A stretch of DNA of 64,000 nucleotides, from NCBI RefSeq assembly GCF_024521635.1, contig NW_026250434.1, positions 310,001 to 374,000 on the forward strand, in the 5' to 3' direction. Origin of the DNA: Tricharina praecox (taxonomy: Eukaryota). How positions within the stretch are numbered: position 1 is the first letter of the stretch; the number at the start of each line of letters is the position of its first letter. The notes under the pieces are model-generated. The model was not told the origin of the DNA. It did not search any database and saw nothing but the letters and a program-made list of their open reading frames with translations. A program made the position numbers and the translations under genes. Shown here piece after piece: positions 1 through 12,300 of the stretch.

Positions 1-492
1 CTTCCGCTCACCCCTCACTTTTGGCGAGATGACATCCGTCTTCTCGTTCCACTTCACCTCTATATCGTCACTGCGCATCGGTGTCGTCGGCCTCGAGGCC
101 ACCGGTTTCGGCGTGCCAACAGCTGTCACCGCTGCACCGTCGAGTTCATCGTCGGTGCCGTCCGATCCAAAAGCGCCCGGAATCGCGATATCGCTGTCCA
201 TCTGTTCGTCGACCTTCGGCGTGGGTATGAGTGTAGATGTGGATTTTTCAACGGCGGCGGTGGTGGTGGCGGGCGGACCTTCGGGGGCGTCGGAGAAGTG
301 ATCGTCGTCGTTCGATGAAGTGTCTGTTTGTTTCCCGCACGGGGCATGTCAGTTTCGACGGATCGCATATTGCACCGCACCGAGCATGAATCGAAACGCA
401 CATCCGCTTTCTCTTTCTCTTTCTCTCTCCTCCTCCGGGGTTCGACCGGGAACGGGAACAGAGTCCGGCATTGGAGATGCTTCTGCGACCAT
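1..492 (-). CDS. 5' part of a hypothetical protein running off the window (acidic/disordered N-terminus)
   Basis: ATG at 492; exon 492-402 (MVAEASPMPDSVPVPGRTPEEERERERESG); intron 401-324 (GTGCGT...ACTGAC...CAG); exon 323-1 stays open (YTSSNDDDHFSDAPEGPPATTT...DEQMDSDIAIPGAFGSDGTDDELD...). The splice phase joins the frames correctly. Family not determinable from this fragment. Confidence 0.7.
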
Positions 493-985
493 GCGAGCGT
501 GGGGTTCACGGGTTTCTCGGGGTTCGGAAAGGCTGTTGCTTTTGTTTTGTGGGGGAGGAATTGAGTCGAGTCGGGTTGGAGGTTTGGTTTGGATCGAAGA
601 AGCAGATGCGGCGATTAGTCGTACATAGGTAGAATAGTGGTATGCAGCAGTCAGCTCTCTCTATCCCCCCCCCTAATAGAATGGTACAAAGATGGATGTA
701 TCGATCCATCATCCATGGGGTGGGTGCTATGGACTGCTAGACTCCAGAGTACTCTAGAGTGGGTAGCTTCGCAACCAACCAGCCATGGCAAACTGGGCTC
801 CACTAGCCAGAACCGGCAGAGAGCGTTCCTGGCGAAAAGGTGAGAAGCCCCCCACGCAGAGTGGGGCATCGAGAGACAAGAGGCAATCGGAGATCTGAAG
901 AATTTCTTCTCGACGATTCCCGGCTTCAGGGGCACGTTCGCTATCTGCCTATCCGACGCCAAAAAAGAAAACTCGAACGAACACA

Positions 986-1055
986 CTACGTTCCGGGCAG
1001 GTACCTACGTTTCTAGGCAAGTACCTTCGTTTCCAGGCGCCTGGCAAGTACCTAC
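986..1055. repeat. Degenerate ~20-bp tandem repeat (CTACGTTTCYAGGCAAGTAC-like, about 3 copies)
   Basis: ctacgttccgggcaggtac / ctacgtttctaggcaagtac / cttcgtttccaggcgcctggcaagtac. Confidence 0.65.
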
Positions 1056-1576
1056 TCCAAGACCCGGATGAAACGACGCATGTATGTACCTAGCGGTACA
1101 TTCTTCCGGGCATGTATGTACCCATTTGTTACCGGCTCGTTGAGAGAGGCAGGCAGGCAAGGCGACCCCGGGCCGCGACGATCCCTCCGATTCCTACTCG
1201 CGGACCGACGCGCCGGAGCACAGTTCCGGCGCCACTGACGGCTGGGTCTTGCGCCTCGGCAATCGCCCTCGACGACTTTACAGGAGCAGCGTGGGTGCAT
1301 GGATGCGAGATCTACAGAGGGGCCTTGGTCGGTTGATTCAACTTCGTTTCTTTTCTCGGATTCAAACTGTGGATTTCGATCTGGCTAGACGGGGACGAGA
1401 GGGATCTTCATTCGGATCAGCGAGAACGCCTGACTTTTCTAACCGCCGCTCATTCGTGCGGAGATAACGGGGAGGGGACCGAGTGATATCACGGCGATGG
1501 TTGTATAATAATGAACGTCCAATTTCTCCGCTAAAGTACCCATACAGAGCTTACAAAGCAAGCAGCCACCACCGCA

Positions 1577-1696
1577 ACCTACGCAATCCTACAGTTACCA
1601 CCCCATATCATCCTACAAACATCGCTCCATACAATCCTACAGAAACCGCCCCATCCCGTCCTACAAGCACTGCTCCACACAATCCTACTGACACTG
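1577..1696 (-). repeat. 24-bp tandem repeat, 5 copies, spanning the esterase stop codon
   Basis: Minus-strand units: cagtgtcagTAGgattgtgtggag, cagtgcttgTAGgacgggatgggg, cggtttctgTAGgattgtatggag, cgatgtttgTAGgatgatatgggg, tggtaactgTAGgattgcgtaggt. Confidence 0.85.
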
Positions 1697-2930
1697 CGAA
1701 TACCAGTCGTTCAACTTGATGCAAGTGGTGCCAGAAACACATACCGTCCCTACCATATCCAGTCAGTTAGCCGTCCCGCTGTCACAAAACCCCCCGAATT
1801 GCAGGAAGTCTTACCTCCTGTCCATCCATTCCCAGCGCACTGTCCCCACTTCGCCACAGTACCCGCAGCCGCAGTCGTCGTGGACGCCGGGGACGTAACC
1901 ACCGGAGTCGACGACGTCGACGGCACGCCAGTGCCCACAGTATTCAACCCAAAGTACGAGATGACGTCTCCGGCCTGGACCTGAATATCGTGGGTGACGC
2001 CCTGAGCGCTGATCGCCTGGAGATTCGGGCCGTAGCTATTCCTCGTCCACCCGGACAGCGGGCTATTCGTCAGCGTAGCCGTCGGCGTGGTACTGACGCC
2101 CAGCACGTTGGTCCACTGCTTGACCATCTCGCCGAAGTTGTTGTAGCTGAGCGTGGCGTCGTTGGTGCCATGCCACAGCTGCATTTTCGGCCGCTTCCCG
2201 GTGTACCCCGGGTACCCGGCCCGTGCGATGTCGCCCCACTCCGCTCCTGTCTTCGACACTTGCCCGTTTGCACACGCACTGTTCCACATGGAGTCGCCGG
2301 CGAAACAGCCGAATGGTACACCGGCGAATCCGGCAACTCCTGCGAAAATGTCTGGGTACGCACCCGCCAGCACGTTGATCATCATCGCTCCGCTCGAGGT
2401 ACCTGTGGGGGACGTGGATTAGAATTGGGGTGGAGCAAAGGATGGGAGGGGGGCTGCATACCGACAGCGAAGACACGACTGGTGTCCGCTGCGTAGGTCG
2501 AGATGGTGTACCGGACCATGTTCGCGATGGCGAGGGAGTCGCCGCCGCCGTTGTGCGTGAGCGTGCCAGTGCTGTGGACGTCCCAGCAGCCACCACTATC
2601 CATCCAATTGTCAACTCCCGTTCTCATCCCTCTCTTAGCTTGTGGGGTCACAACTAACCTGTCAGGCGCATCCGGGTACACAACGATGAACCCGTACTGG
2701 TCGGCGTAGGACTTGAACTGGGTGCCGGTGTAGTACGCATTGGCAGTTCCCGTGCAGTAGTGGATTGCGACGAGGATAGGAGGGTTGGAGGCCAGCTGGT
2801 CGGGCACGTAGATGTACATCTCTGCGCCGGTCGGGTTGGTGCCGAAGCTGGAGACTTTGGTCAGCGCCGCACCGAGCACGGTGGAGGCGCTGGCTAGGAA
2901 GGCCGTCAGGAGGGGGAAGAGGCGGGTCAT
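1685..2930 (-). CDS. Secreted acetylxylan esterase (CE1, AxeA/PHB-depolymerase-like) with S/T linker and C-terminal CBM1
   Basis: Exons 2930-2659, 2595-2462, 2402-1815, 1749-1685. Signal peptide MTRLFPLLTAFLASASTVLG; motifs HYCTG, CWDV, nucleophile G-T-S-S-G-A-M-M (reconstituted across intron 2), WHGTND. CBM1 KWGQCAGNGWTGG|TVCVSGTTCIKLNDWYSQCQ* reconstituted across intron 3. Confidence 0.95.
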
Positions 2931-2996
2931 CTCGTTCGCTTGCTTGCTTCAGTGCTGGGAGCTGGAGGTTGGTAGTTGGGAGCTTGGGGAACTGCA

Positions 2997-3002
2997 TTTA
3001 TA
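2997..3002 (-). promoter_or_regulatory. TATA box of the esterase gene
   Basis: TATAAA on the minus strand about 70 nt upstream of the ATG. Confidence 0.55.
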
Positions 3003-5394
3003 TCAACAAATGGCGAGACCGTGTTTATACCATGCTCATATACATATCCATAGTGCCTACATGCTCTACTCCACTATCCACCACGAGATTGATCCTACAC
3101 AAGTACCTAGATGCGCACACAATATGGCCATGGCCAAGCGAATTAATCTATCAACTCCTTCACGCTACCGGAGCCGTTGCCCTACAAATCCGTCGTCATT
3201 TACCATGTCCGGTTGTCCGGTTGTCGTTTAGGCTATCATATGCATAGATACATATCTCGACTCCCCCCAATAACCTCGAATGGTTAAGCTTTTTTCCCCG
3301 CATCCGCGTGGCGGATAAATGGTGGGCATTCTGCAGGAACAGGAACAGGAACAGTGGGATGATCCCGGGTGTGAAACGGTGGCGGTTCCTGTGATTTCTC
3401 GTTTAGAAAAGGTACCTAGGCACATTGAGGACGCCCTGAGGTTTTTAGACACGGACGGATGGATGGGAGGAAGTGGAGATGGTTTCACACAGCTCGGCTG
3501 CTGCGGGTAAACGTAATTCGCACTGCACAGAGCTGAGGTGGTTACACGATGGAGGGTATAATTTTCCATTCCGTTTAGATCAAGAGATATCACTCGTTGG
3601 CATTGGCCAGAACTGTATGGTTGCAGGCTTGCAGCTAATCCTTAGCACAGCCTGCCATAGTTTAGACAGGCCGTATGCAACAATGGATTGATGTTCTCTC
3701 ACTCTCTCTCGCAGCTCGCCTGCTGGGAGAAATTACGCCGCCCTAGCCAGCAGGCTGAATTCGAGCAGCGAGTATGATCGAGCAAATAAAACCGTTGATA
3801 ATCATAACCAAGCACAACCCACCAGGGCGAGATGAAGTAGGTACCTTGACTTCGGATATACGCCAGCTGCATAACAGGATCCAAGCAGAACATCCCCCGC
3901 CTACCAATTCGTAGGTAGTCGGATATACCCACTCTGCATCATGATTAGTAGAGTATGTGCATACACCTCCACAACTGCTCACAACTTTAGGCACTCACCT
4001 CCCACTAAAACAGACATCCGAAAAGTATCAACAAAACGTGCTCACTGTGATTACCCCTCGGAACCACCGGCCGACTGTGTGTGCCATGTGGCCGATTTTA
4101 GCCGTTACGAATACGAGCCCGGCATCTTCAGCAAATCATCCTCAAGAGTCAAGAGTCAAGAGTCATTACCGGTAGGAAGTATTTGCTTTCTTTGGGGATT
4201 GTGGCTTGCTCTGTCTCACGTCCCCGGACCAAATCGTCAGGATCTCCGCCGGATGTCAGGAATGTTGGCGAGTTCACCCGGATCTCATGCTGTAGTTATG
4301 CCTACTGATGTCTGTTATGTACCGTACCGAAATGAGATCCATGCAGACCCAACCACCCAACTACCCAACCGAGGAAGAGAAGAGAAGTTTTGAGCGATGA
4401 AATTCACAACTCGAGCAACAGCCAGAGTGTGAGGATTCCGTGTCGTGTTGTAGAGTCGACGCGAGGTGGAGAGGTATGGATATATGTGCACGGTGAAGTG
4501 GACGTAGCGTGCATAGCCGGGACTGGCCGCTGGCGCGACGGTCCGAAAGCTGGATGCTGGATGCCGTGCCGTGAATGCGATCCAGATGGCAGACCCTGCA
4601 TGTTCGGCCCGCACTTTGGTCCCGACGATAAACTCCAACTTTATATTGATAGCGGGGAGGGTTAAACTTTAAATTGAATGCCGTTCGTCCGTAGAAACCC
4701 ATTTCGGCTCCCATATGCTCTAGATACTGTGCGCGCGTTCTACAGCACCCAGCCGTCAGAGGCCGTTTTGGGCCTGTTCGGTTGCCAGCTGTATTTTCAA
4801 ACCTTGGGTTTCTGACGAGTTGAAGGATACCGAAGCTGCAGCTGCAAACTCCCATTTCCCCCAATGACCCCATATATTCAACAGCACGCCACAGTTTTTA
4901 TTTGTATCGTGTCTCAGTCGACAATATGCAGTTTCTCAGATTGTTAACTTGGGGTGGTGTGCCGAACGCTCACCCATCGCCCGGAATCTGAGGGTTTCAA
5001 ACAGCAGATACCGAAGCAAGTACCTTTGGAGTAGTGGTGAAAGTGTGCCCATGAGGCCCAGAAGGTGGAGCTGGGCAGTCGAGGTCAGAGGCGGGAGTGA
5101 AGGAGAAGAACTCGGACCCCGTTGCGCTGCGTGTGCTAAACGCTTCCGGTACATAAACCCAACGTAACTGCTAAGCAGAATATCGCAGTGATCATGACAA
5201 CCAAAGTCTCCCGAGGCATTATCTACTTCAGCCATTTCGCAGCAATTTATGGGTGTTGTGGGGTGTTATGGAAAAGTCGCGCCGCCAGATTAGCCACAAT
5301 CTGTGACCAGAGATGGATTATGATCACATGATCTACGATCAGATAAACAATGCCAAGCCAATTAACCGCTTTCCCACAAGCCAACCCACCACCG

Positions 5395-5413
5395 CAGTCA
5401 CAACAGCCCTACG
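5395..5413 (+). promoter_or_regulatory. Homol-D box (CAGTCACA) plus Homol-E-like AGCCCTAC in a ribosomal protein promoter
   Basis: Exact CAGTCACA at 5395-5402 and agccctac at 5406-5413, about 160 nt upstream of the RPS24 ATG; Homol-D/E are known ascomycete RP-gene elements. Confidence 0.7.
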
Positions 5414-5560
5414 CCCGCACACACGCACACCCAAGGCTTGGCGATTCTGCCGCACACTCCGGAGTTGTCGAAACCAGAAACCTAGCCAAATTTACACGCC
5501 CAACGCCCCAACGCCAACACCGACAGTCCACGCCCGATACGACAATCGAGATTCGACAAC

Positions 5561-6331
5561 ATGGCTGACACCGTTACCGTGAGGACCCGCAAATTCATGC
5601 GGAACGCCCTTTTGGCCCGCAAGCAGATGGTGGTGTACGTTTGTCCCCCGTCATTGGTGTGGATAGAAGGGGCGAGGAATGAGGGGACATTGGGAGGATG
5701 ATACGATGGATTGGGGTCGATTGCGGGCGGAATTTCCACGGAATTCCGTCCGTTATCTGGAGTGTTTTGGTCGCGATGGATGTCGGTGGCGGATGGCGGA
5801 TGGGATGAAGCTTTACATTGTGATGATCATGGAGGCTGACGAGCTTTTCGTTTTACAGTGACGTCCTCCACGAGGGCAAGGCCAGTATGTTACCACCCAC
5901 CGAGCATACGCACTCATCACGCGAGCCGCGAACTGCAGACTGATCGATTTCCTTCGCAGACATCTCCAAGGACGACCTCCGCGCCAAGCTCGCTGAGACC
6001 TACAAGTCCGACAAGGATGCCGTTTCCGTCTTCGGTCTCCGCACCCACTTCGGAGGAGGAAAGACCACCGGTTTCGCCCTCATCTACGACTCTGTCGACA
6101 GCCTGAAGAAGTTCGAGCCCCACTACCGTCTGGTCCGTTACGGCCAGGCCTCCAAGATTGAGAAGCCCTCTCGCCAGCAACGTACGTTACTCCACCCGCA
6201 GCGACGATCACATCGCGAGCTGAATAAAGCTAACGTCCGTTCTCACAACAGGCAAGCAGAGGAAGAACAAGCAGAAGACTCTTCGTGGAACCGCGAAGGT
6301 CAAGGGTGCCAAGAAGAAGAAGGAGACGTAA
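5561..6331 (+). CDS. RPS24: 40S ribosomal protein S24 (eS24)
   Basis: Exons 5561-5634, 5859-5884, 5960-6181, 6252-6331 give [49 protein letters not shown]...[21 protein letters not shown]...[11 protein letters not shown]...[19 protein letters not shown]. Confidence 0.98.
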
Positions 6332-6995
6332 ATGTTGTCACCTTAGTTCGGCCTGGTTTGTCGGGGTCTTTGGTGTTCTTTTTTCTTTGGGCAATAAAAA
6401 TATTCTCAACGGAACAATGGGAATACGGAGTTACTTGTTTTGCACAATTGTAGACTGTTTGCCACTTCCAGTGCTAGTGCCGAGATGGAGCCACCAGAGT
6501 AATGTTCGTCCGAAAGACATGTGCCGCCCGAAAGCCGTGTACCATCCAAAAGCTATTGGGTGTCTTCAGCACTACAGCCCTATCCAACGCTGTATTCCAT
6601 CGTGAGCTGTTACCCAAATTTCGTGCAGTTGGTTATCTATAGTACCGCGTGTATGCCATTTCCATCATAAACATCTACCACTCCCCGCGCCCCGACACGC
6701 GTGAAGTCATTCGCAACAGGGCTGATCGGCTTACCGAACGAACTTGCCGTATATAGCGGGCCAAATATTCCAGCGCGTTAGATAGAATCGATGAGCTAAA
6801 ATCGACATCGTCTTGTAGGGATCGACTGAGTGACAGAATATGAACCGTTGTGCTGAGCCTCATTGCCGCCAAGCCTCAACTAGTGTTTTGGGGCTTCACG
6901 TCGCGTTATTCTGTAGCTTATCCTCCACCAACATTCACGCCCACACCTGCTGAGACCCTCCTCCTTCATCACAACCCACCCTCCCCACCAATCTT

Positions 6996-7057
6996 GTAGG
7001 CATTGCTACCCCCTTGGATTTATTGAGACTGATTGCTAATTTTGCTTGTCGTCGCAG
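6996..7057 (+). other. Probable 5'-UTR intron of NSP1
   Basis: GTAGGC donor, TGCTAAT branch, GCAG acceptor; 62 nt; ends 126 nt upstream of the ATG. Confidence 0.5.
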
Positions 7058-7183
7058 AACGCGCTCGCTCGTTCCCCACTCACTGCACACAACAACTTCA
7101 ATATCATCCTCGCTCCATCCTTTCGACTATCGACAATCTGATCTTACGACCCCGTCCGTGCAACGTAAATACACCAAAGCGCC

Positions 7184-9383
7184 ATGGCATCATTCGGATC
7201 AGGTGCTGGTGGTGGAGGCTTGTTCGGCGGTGCCGGCGGCGACAACAAGGATAACAAGCCCTCCGGCTTCAGTTTTGGAGCTCCCAACGGTGGAGCCCCA
7301 GCTGGCGGCAGTTTGTTCGGCGGTACACCTGCGAAGACCGGAACTAGTACACCTCTCTTTGGCGGTACGGGAACATCGACGCCGACGACGGCACCTAATG
7401 GCGGCTTTGCATTCGGTGGTGGTACTCCGGCAGCGAACCCTGGAATGGGTGGTGGTGGGGGCGGACTCTTCTCTAACAACAAGCCTGCTGGTGCTCCTAC
7501 TGGTAGTCTCTTCGGCGCTTCGTCGACTCCTGCTGGTAACCCCATGGGTGCGCAACCCCCAAAGCCTCCGATGTTCGGTGGTGGTGGAGCGGCGCCTGGC
7601 GGCGGGCTGTTCGGGAGCAATGCTGGAGGTACTACCCCGACGGGTCAACCTGGGGCCGGTGGTGTGTTTGGCGGTGGCACGGGCATGAGCAAGCCAGCAG
7701 CGCCTGGTGGAGGCAATTTGTTTGGCGGCGCGTCAGCTACACCACCGTCTCCTGCTCCGACTGGAGGGCTATTCGGTGCGGCGCCTGCTACCACTACCAC
7801 TCAGGCTCCATCTTCCGGTAGTCTTTTCGGTGGTGCCGGTGCATCCTCAGCTCCTGCCACTGGTGGATTGTTTGGAGGCGGCGCGAACACAAACACAACC
7901 ACCACATCCCAAACTGCCGCTCCGTCGTTGTTTGGTGCGAAGCCTGCTGGTGCGCCTACCATTGGTGGTCCAATGTTTGGTGGTGCTGCCGGCACGACAT
8001 CAGCCCCCGCGGCCAAACCATCCATGTTCGGAACAAACAACTGTAGGATTTGACATCCGAACGTAATATCGTATAAGTATCGCTGACACATGATCTTACA
8101 GCAACGACCCCACCGACACAACCGCCAGCTAACGGTGGTTCTCTTTTCGGCGGGGCTGCCAACAACAATGCCCCAAAGCCAGGAGGACTTTTCGGTGGAG
8201 CTCCCGCGACGACCCCCGCTACTTCGCAGGCGCCCCCGGCGGCTGCGAGTGGAGGAATGTTTGGAGGTGCAGGTGCCGCTGCGCCTACATCGACTTCGGC
8301 TCCTGCTACTAGCAATGCTACTACCCCTTCCCTGTTTGGTGGACCGAAGCCGGCGGAAAGCAAGCCTTCGCTCGGCGGCCTCTTCGGTGCTGCAACGCCA
8401 GCGACGAGCGCCACTCCTGCCGCTGGTGCCACCAGCACTGCAACCACCTCTGCGCCAACTGCGACTACTACCGCTCCTGCGACTGGCGGTCTCTTTAGTG
8501 GTGGTGCGACTTCTACCACTACCTCTGCTCCTACTAGCGGCGGTTTGTTCGGTGCAGCACCTGCGGCCACCCCAGGCTCAGCTGGAGCTCTCACCGCTGG
8601 TACGCCCTCTGGTGCTACAGCCGGAACGAGTGGCATGAAGGCCACCCAGCCGCCGCCTACCTCTCGCCTGAAGAACAAGTCCATGGAGGAGATCATCAAC
8701 CGCTGGACCTCCGACCTCGAGCAGTACAAGGCCCAGTTTGTGACTCAGGCCGACGAGATCAAAAAGTACGACGAGGTTCTCATCTCCAACGGCGAGAAGA
8801 TTGTCAATCTCCACACCAAGACGCAAGAGGCGGAAAAGACGCAGGCGAGAATGGATACGGTCCTTCAGCAGCTCGAGAACGAACAGGAGGAGCTCGGTGT
8901 CACTCTGGACTACTACGAGACTCAGATCACCAACTTCTTCGAGGCGCAGTTTGGGTCCGCCGAGGGCATGCAGCCGGCCGATCAGGAGAGGGAAAAGACC
9001 TACACGCTGGCCGAGAAGTTGAACGAGACACTGAGCGGAATGGAGTCCGATCTGGGAGAGATGATTAAGGCTATCAACAAGGCCGGCGCAACCATCAACA
9101 AGACTTCGAACGCGGATGATCCTGTAAGATTCGCTCCTCGATTCTCCTTCCTCCGTTATGCATACTAAGACTGTGGATATAGTTGTCTCAAATCGTCAAG
9201 ATTTTGAACGAGCACCTGAGCTCCCTGCAGTGGATCGACACGCACACCACGCAGGTAGTCGAGAAAATACAGGAGGCGCAGGCGAAGAAGGGCTCCTCCA
9301 GCGGCGACCGCACGAACGCGTCCATGCTAGGCGGAGACAGCGATTTCTTCCCGAACATGTCGTACCGCTCCGCCATGAGGTGA
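7184..9383 (+). CDS. NSP1: FG-repeat nucleoporin Nsp1/Nup62
   Basis: Exons 7184-8042, 8102-9123, 9183-9383. Long GGLFG/SLFG repeat region followed by the Nsp1_C coiled coil (SRLKNKSMEEIINRWTSDL...PADQEREKTYTLAE...DDPLSQIVKILNEHLSSLQWID). Confidence 0.96.
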
Positions 9384-12300
9384 AGAAGGGGGATCTCATC
9401 AGATGCTCATTATTGTATTTCAGTTTGAGGTTCTTTTTTTTTGTTTGTTTGATTCTCTTTTCATGGTGCCATACACTTTGTTTTGTCGTTGTAACAGCAA
9501 CGGAATGGTTGTTTTGCGGGAGTGATTGATGGTTATCCGAGTGATGACTAATGCATAGTTAACCCGTGACTTGTTCGATAGCTGTGGGATGAATGATGTG
9601 CATAGATACGCAGCCGATCGATGTCACTCAATCAAGCTTACGTGTTCGGACGGGCTGCCGAGTGATAATCATGAGTGTTGCTAGGCGAGTGATAACCTTC
9701 CGCATCGAGGTTCACACCAGAGCAACGGGGAACATATACCCAAGTATGTTTACAAAGGCCCAACAGTCTACCTACCTATCCTATAGGAAAGTTCGACCGT
9801 GCCTGGTTATCGCATTGGTGCCATCGAGGGGGACAGAGTACGCCGAGACTGTCCGGTTCGGAGCAGGGTAAGGTGGGCTGGTATGCGGAAGTGGTTCACG
9901 ATGACTCGGCGGTCGTATCTGTAGGTAGTATTCGATTTTTTGCTTCGGCCTTCAGGAAATCTCACTTCACGGTTGGTTCGATCGATGCTCGGATACGGTC
10001 GAATAACGTACCGTACCGAGTGATGAAACATTTGACAAACAGCCCTGGACGGATGGATCATGGATGGATGGATGGATGGTTGGATGGTTGGTTAGGCTTC
10101 TCAACGCTGGAATAGTCCGGCCGTGTACGGATCGGATAGCTTCTCCTAGGAGGGGGAGTTCAGTACTCTACCTATGGCTGGTCCCGTGGGTCGACAGCGT
10201 GTCAGCGAGCGAGCGTGCCGTGGCGGTGCGGGTGATCCGCCGTGTCTCGCGGCGAATCATCACGCGGAGAGGCAGTGAGTGGATCCCGACGGGACCGCCC
10301 CCCGCCCCTCCTCCCACCTTCTCGGCCCCTATCCACCCACCGCCACCCACCGCCACTCAAAGCCGCAGCCATAGCCACGTTCCGTCCGAACCCAGCAAAC
10401 CCAGCAAACCCACTCAAGTCACACTCCGGAACAACCACCCCTCCCACCCCGCCCCCTACCATCCTATCTCACCCCACCGGTCCTCCCCCCGACTGACAAG
10501 AAAATCTCAACTTCCAAGAAACGAACGAGAGAGGCAAATATTTTTTCTTCCCAGTTCCAACCCCCAAACCAAACCAAACCAAACCAAACCGGGTCGCAAG
10601 TTCCCAACCTAACCCCCCAACCTTCTGGGACCTGGAGACGAGGCCCGTGCACGTGCGTCATGCATGTCCCGTCACCTCACCCGCTACATATCTAGGTCCA
10701 GCATAGCATAAGGAAATCAGTGAACGGTATGGAGGGTATGGTACAGCCGAAGTGTTTCAGAAGGAACGAGTACGAATGTATAGAAAAAAAATGAATGAAA
10801 ATGTGGGAGGCCCGAACTGCCAGGTGAGGTGAGGTGAGATTTTCGCCTCCGGATTAACTACCTGTGTGTGTGTGTGTGTGGGTGGGTGGAAGAGATGGAT
10901 GGTGTGCAGTGCGGTGGGAGCGGTGTGGACAGATTGCCGGTGGGTGCGGAGGGGCCAGGAGATGGAGATGGATATGTATGCGACATTTGCGACATATAGT
11001 AGAGTGCCAAGATTGCGAGCGGGCGGACGTGGATGGATGTTCCGAAGTATTTGCATTTGAGTGGATTTCGGATTTCATATCGGGCGCTCTGGATGTGGCT
11101 ATAGGTATTATCTATAGGTGTCTTCGGGTGGTTTATGGTGGGGCGGGGCGGGGTGACTCGGTGCGGCGGGGTGAGTGAGGTGAGTGAGGTTCTGTGATGC
11201 CGGGCGGAAGGGAGTAGGTCCCTGGGTGGCTGTTTCCTTTCTGTCGCAGCTTGGAATCTCGCACGGTGAGACTGAATGGATGGTGAAATGGAGTGCATAG
11301 AGTCCACACAATGAGGCTGTAGATAGACATGGGTTGCGGTTTCGTGTGGTTATCTACTCTAGAGTATCTATCGCTTCGTCTCGTCTCGTGATAACTAGAG
11401 TATCGCACAGCCACTGTGGCTTGCGATCACGGTTCGGCCTGCAAGGCTGCAACAGGCTTCAACTACCCTCAGCCGTCCATTCAGCCTCGAGATATCCATT
11501 CAGCCATCGAGGAATCCCAGCACACAAGCGGGTTCTCTTCGATCCACTAAACCCACCGTCTTTCTACTCTTGACTCTCGAGGTTACATATTCAGGTTTGA
11601 AAGTTCAGATATCCCGTGACGTCTCGTCCAGCGCCACACACGTGAAGCTCTTCGAACTCGAGTGCAATCATCATTCATCAAAAGATGACGAAATCAAGAC
11701 GCCCATCATCGACCATTCGCCAATGACCAAATTCCTTGTCGGATCCGATCCAGCCGCACGAAACTCCAGATATGCTACACACCCATCTCAGGATCATCGG
11801 CCACGGGGCGTCGGGGTTGTGTCAAGTTTCAACGGCTCCAAAACCGGACGCAAACAACGCCCCCCGTGAATACTAGTAAACAATCCCAACCCCGACCGCA
11901 ACCCCAACCCCAACCACAACCTACTGCTTCATAGTCCGTATCGAGCACGCTGCATCCTCGCAAGTTGCAAGTTGCAACCATCTCCGTCGCTTTTTCCTTT
12001 TCCTTTTCCCCAGGCTCAGGCTCAGGCTCAAGCGTATTCCTTTTTTCCTACTCTATTCCTGCCTGGCGACCCACCATTCCCCCTCTCCAGGCCTCCCCAC
12101 CCCGACCCACCCAGGCCCACCCCCGGCCTAGATATACAAATCGTGCAGTGCAGGACGTTTGTCTACCGTACGCTAGATACTCCATAGTATGTATGATAGT
12201 TATCTCGACTTCGGCCCGTATTTTGTTTTCCCCACTGCCCAGTGCCCACGCTGACGCTAAAAATAGTCGCCGATGTTGATGTTGATGTTCATTGTTGGGA

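Noticed and set aside
4361..5235. Minus-strand ORFs (99 and 170 aa) divergent from RPS24
   Set aside because: No recognisable motif or coding-like codon bias, and I could not build a convincing spliced model
5635..5858. Long RPS24 intron 1 as a snoRNA host or twin intron
   Set aside because: The only C-box-like GTGATGA lies next to the branch point with no room for a C/D RNA; a single splice already gives the correct protein
7014..8729. Overlapping and antisense ORFs across NSP1
   Set aside because: Shadow frames of GC-rich FG-repeat coding sequence
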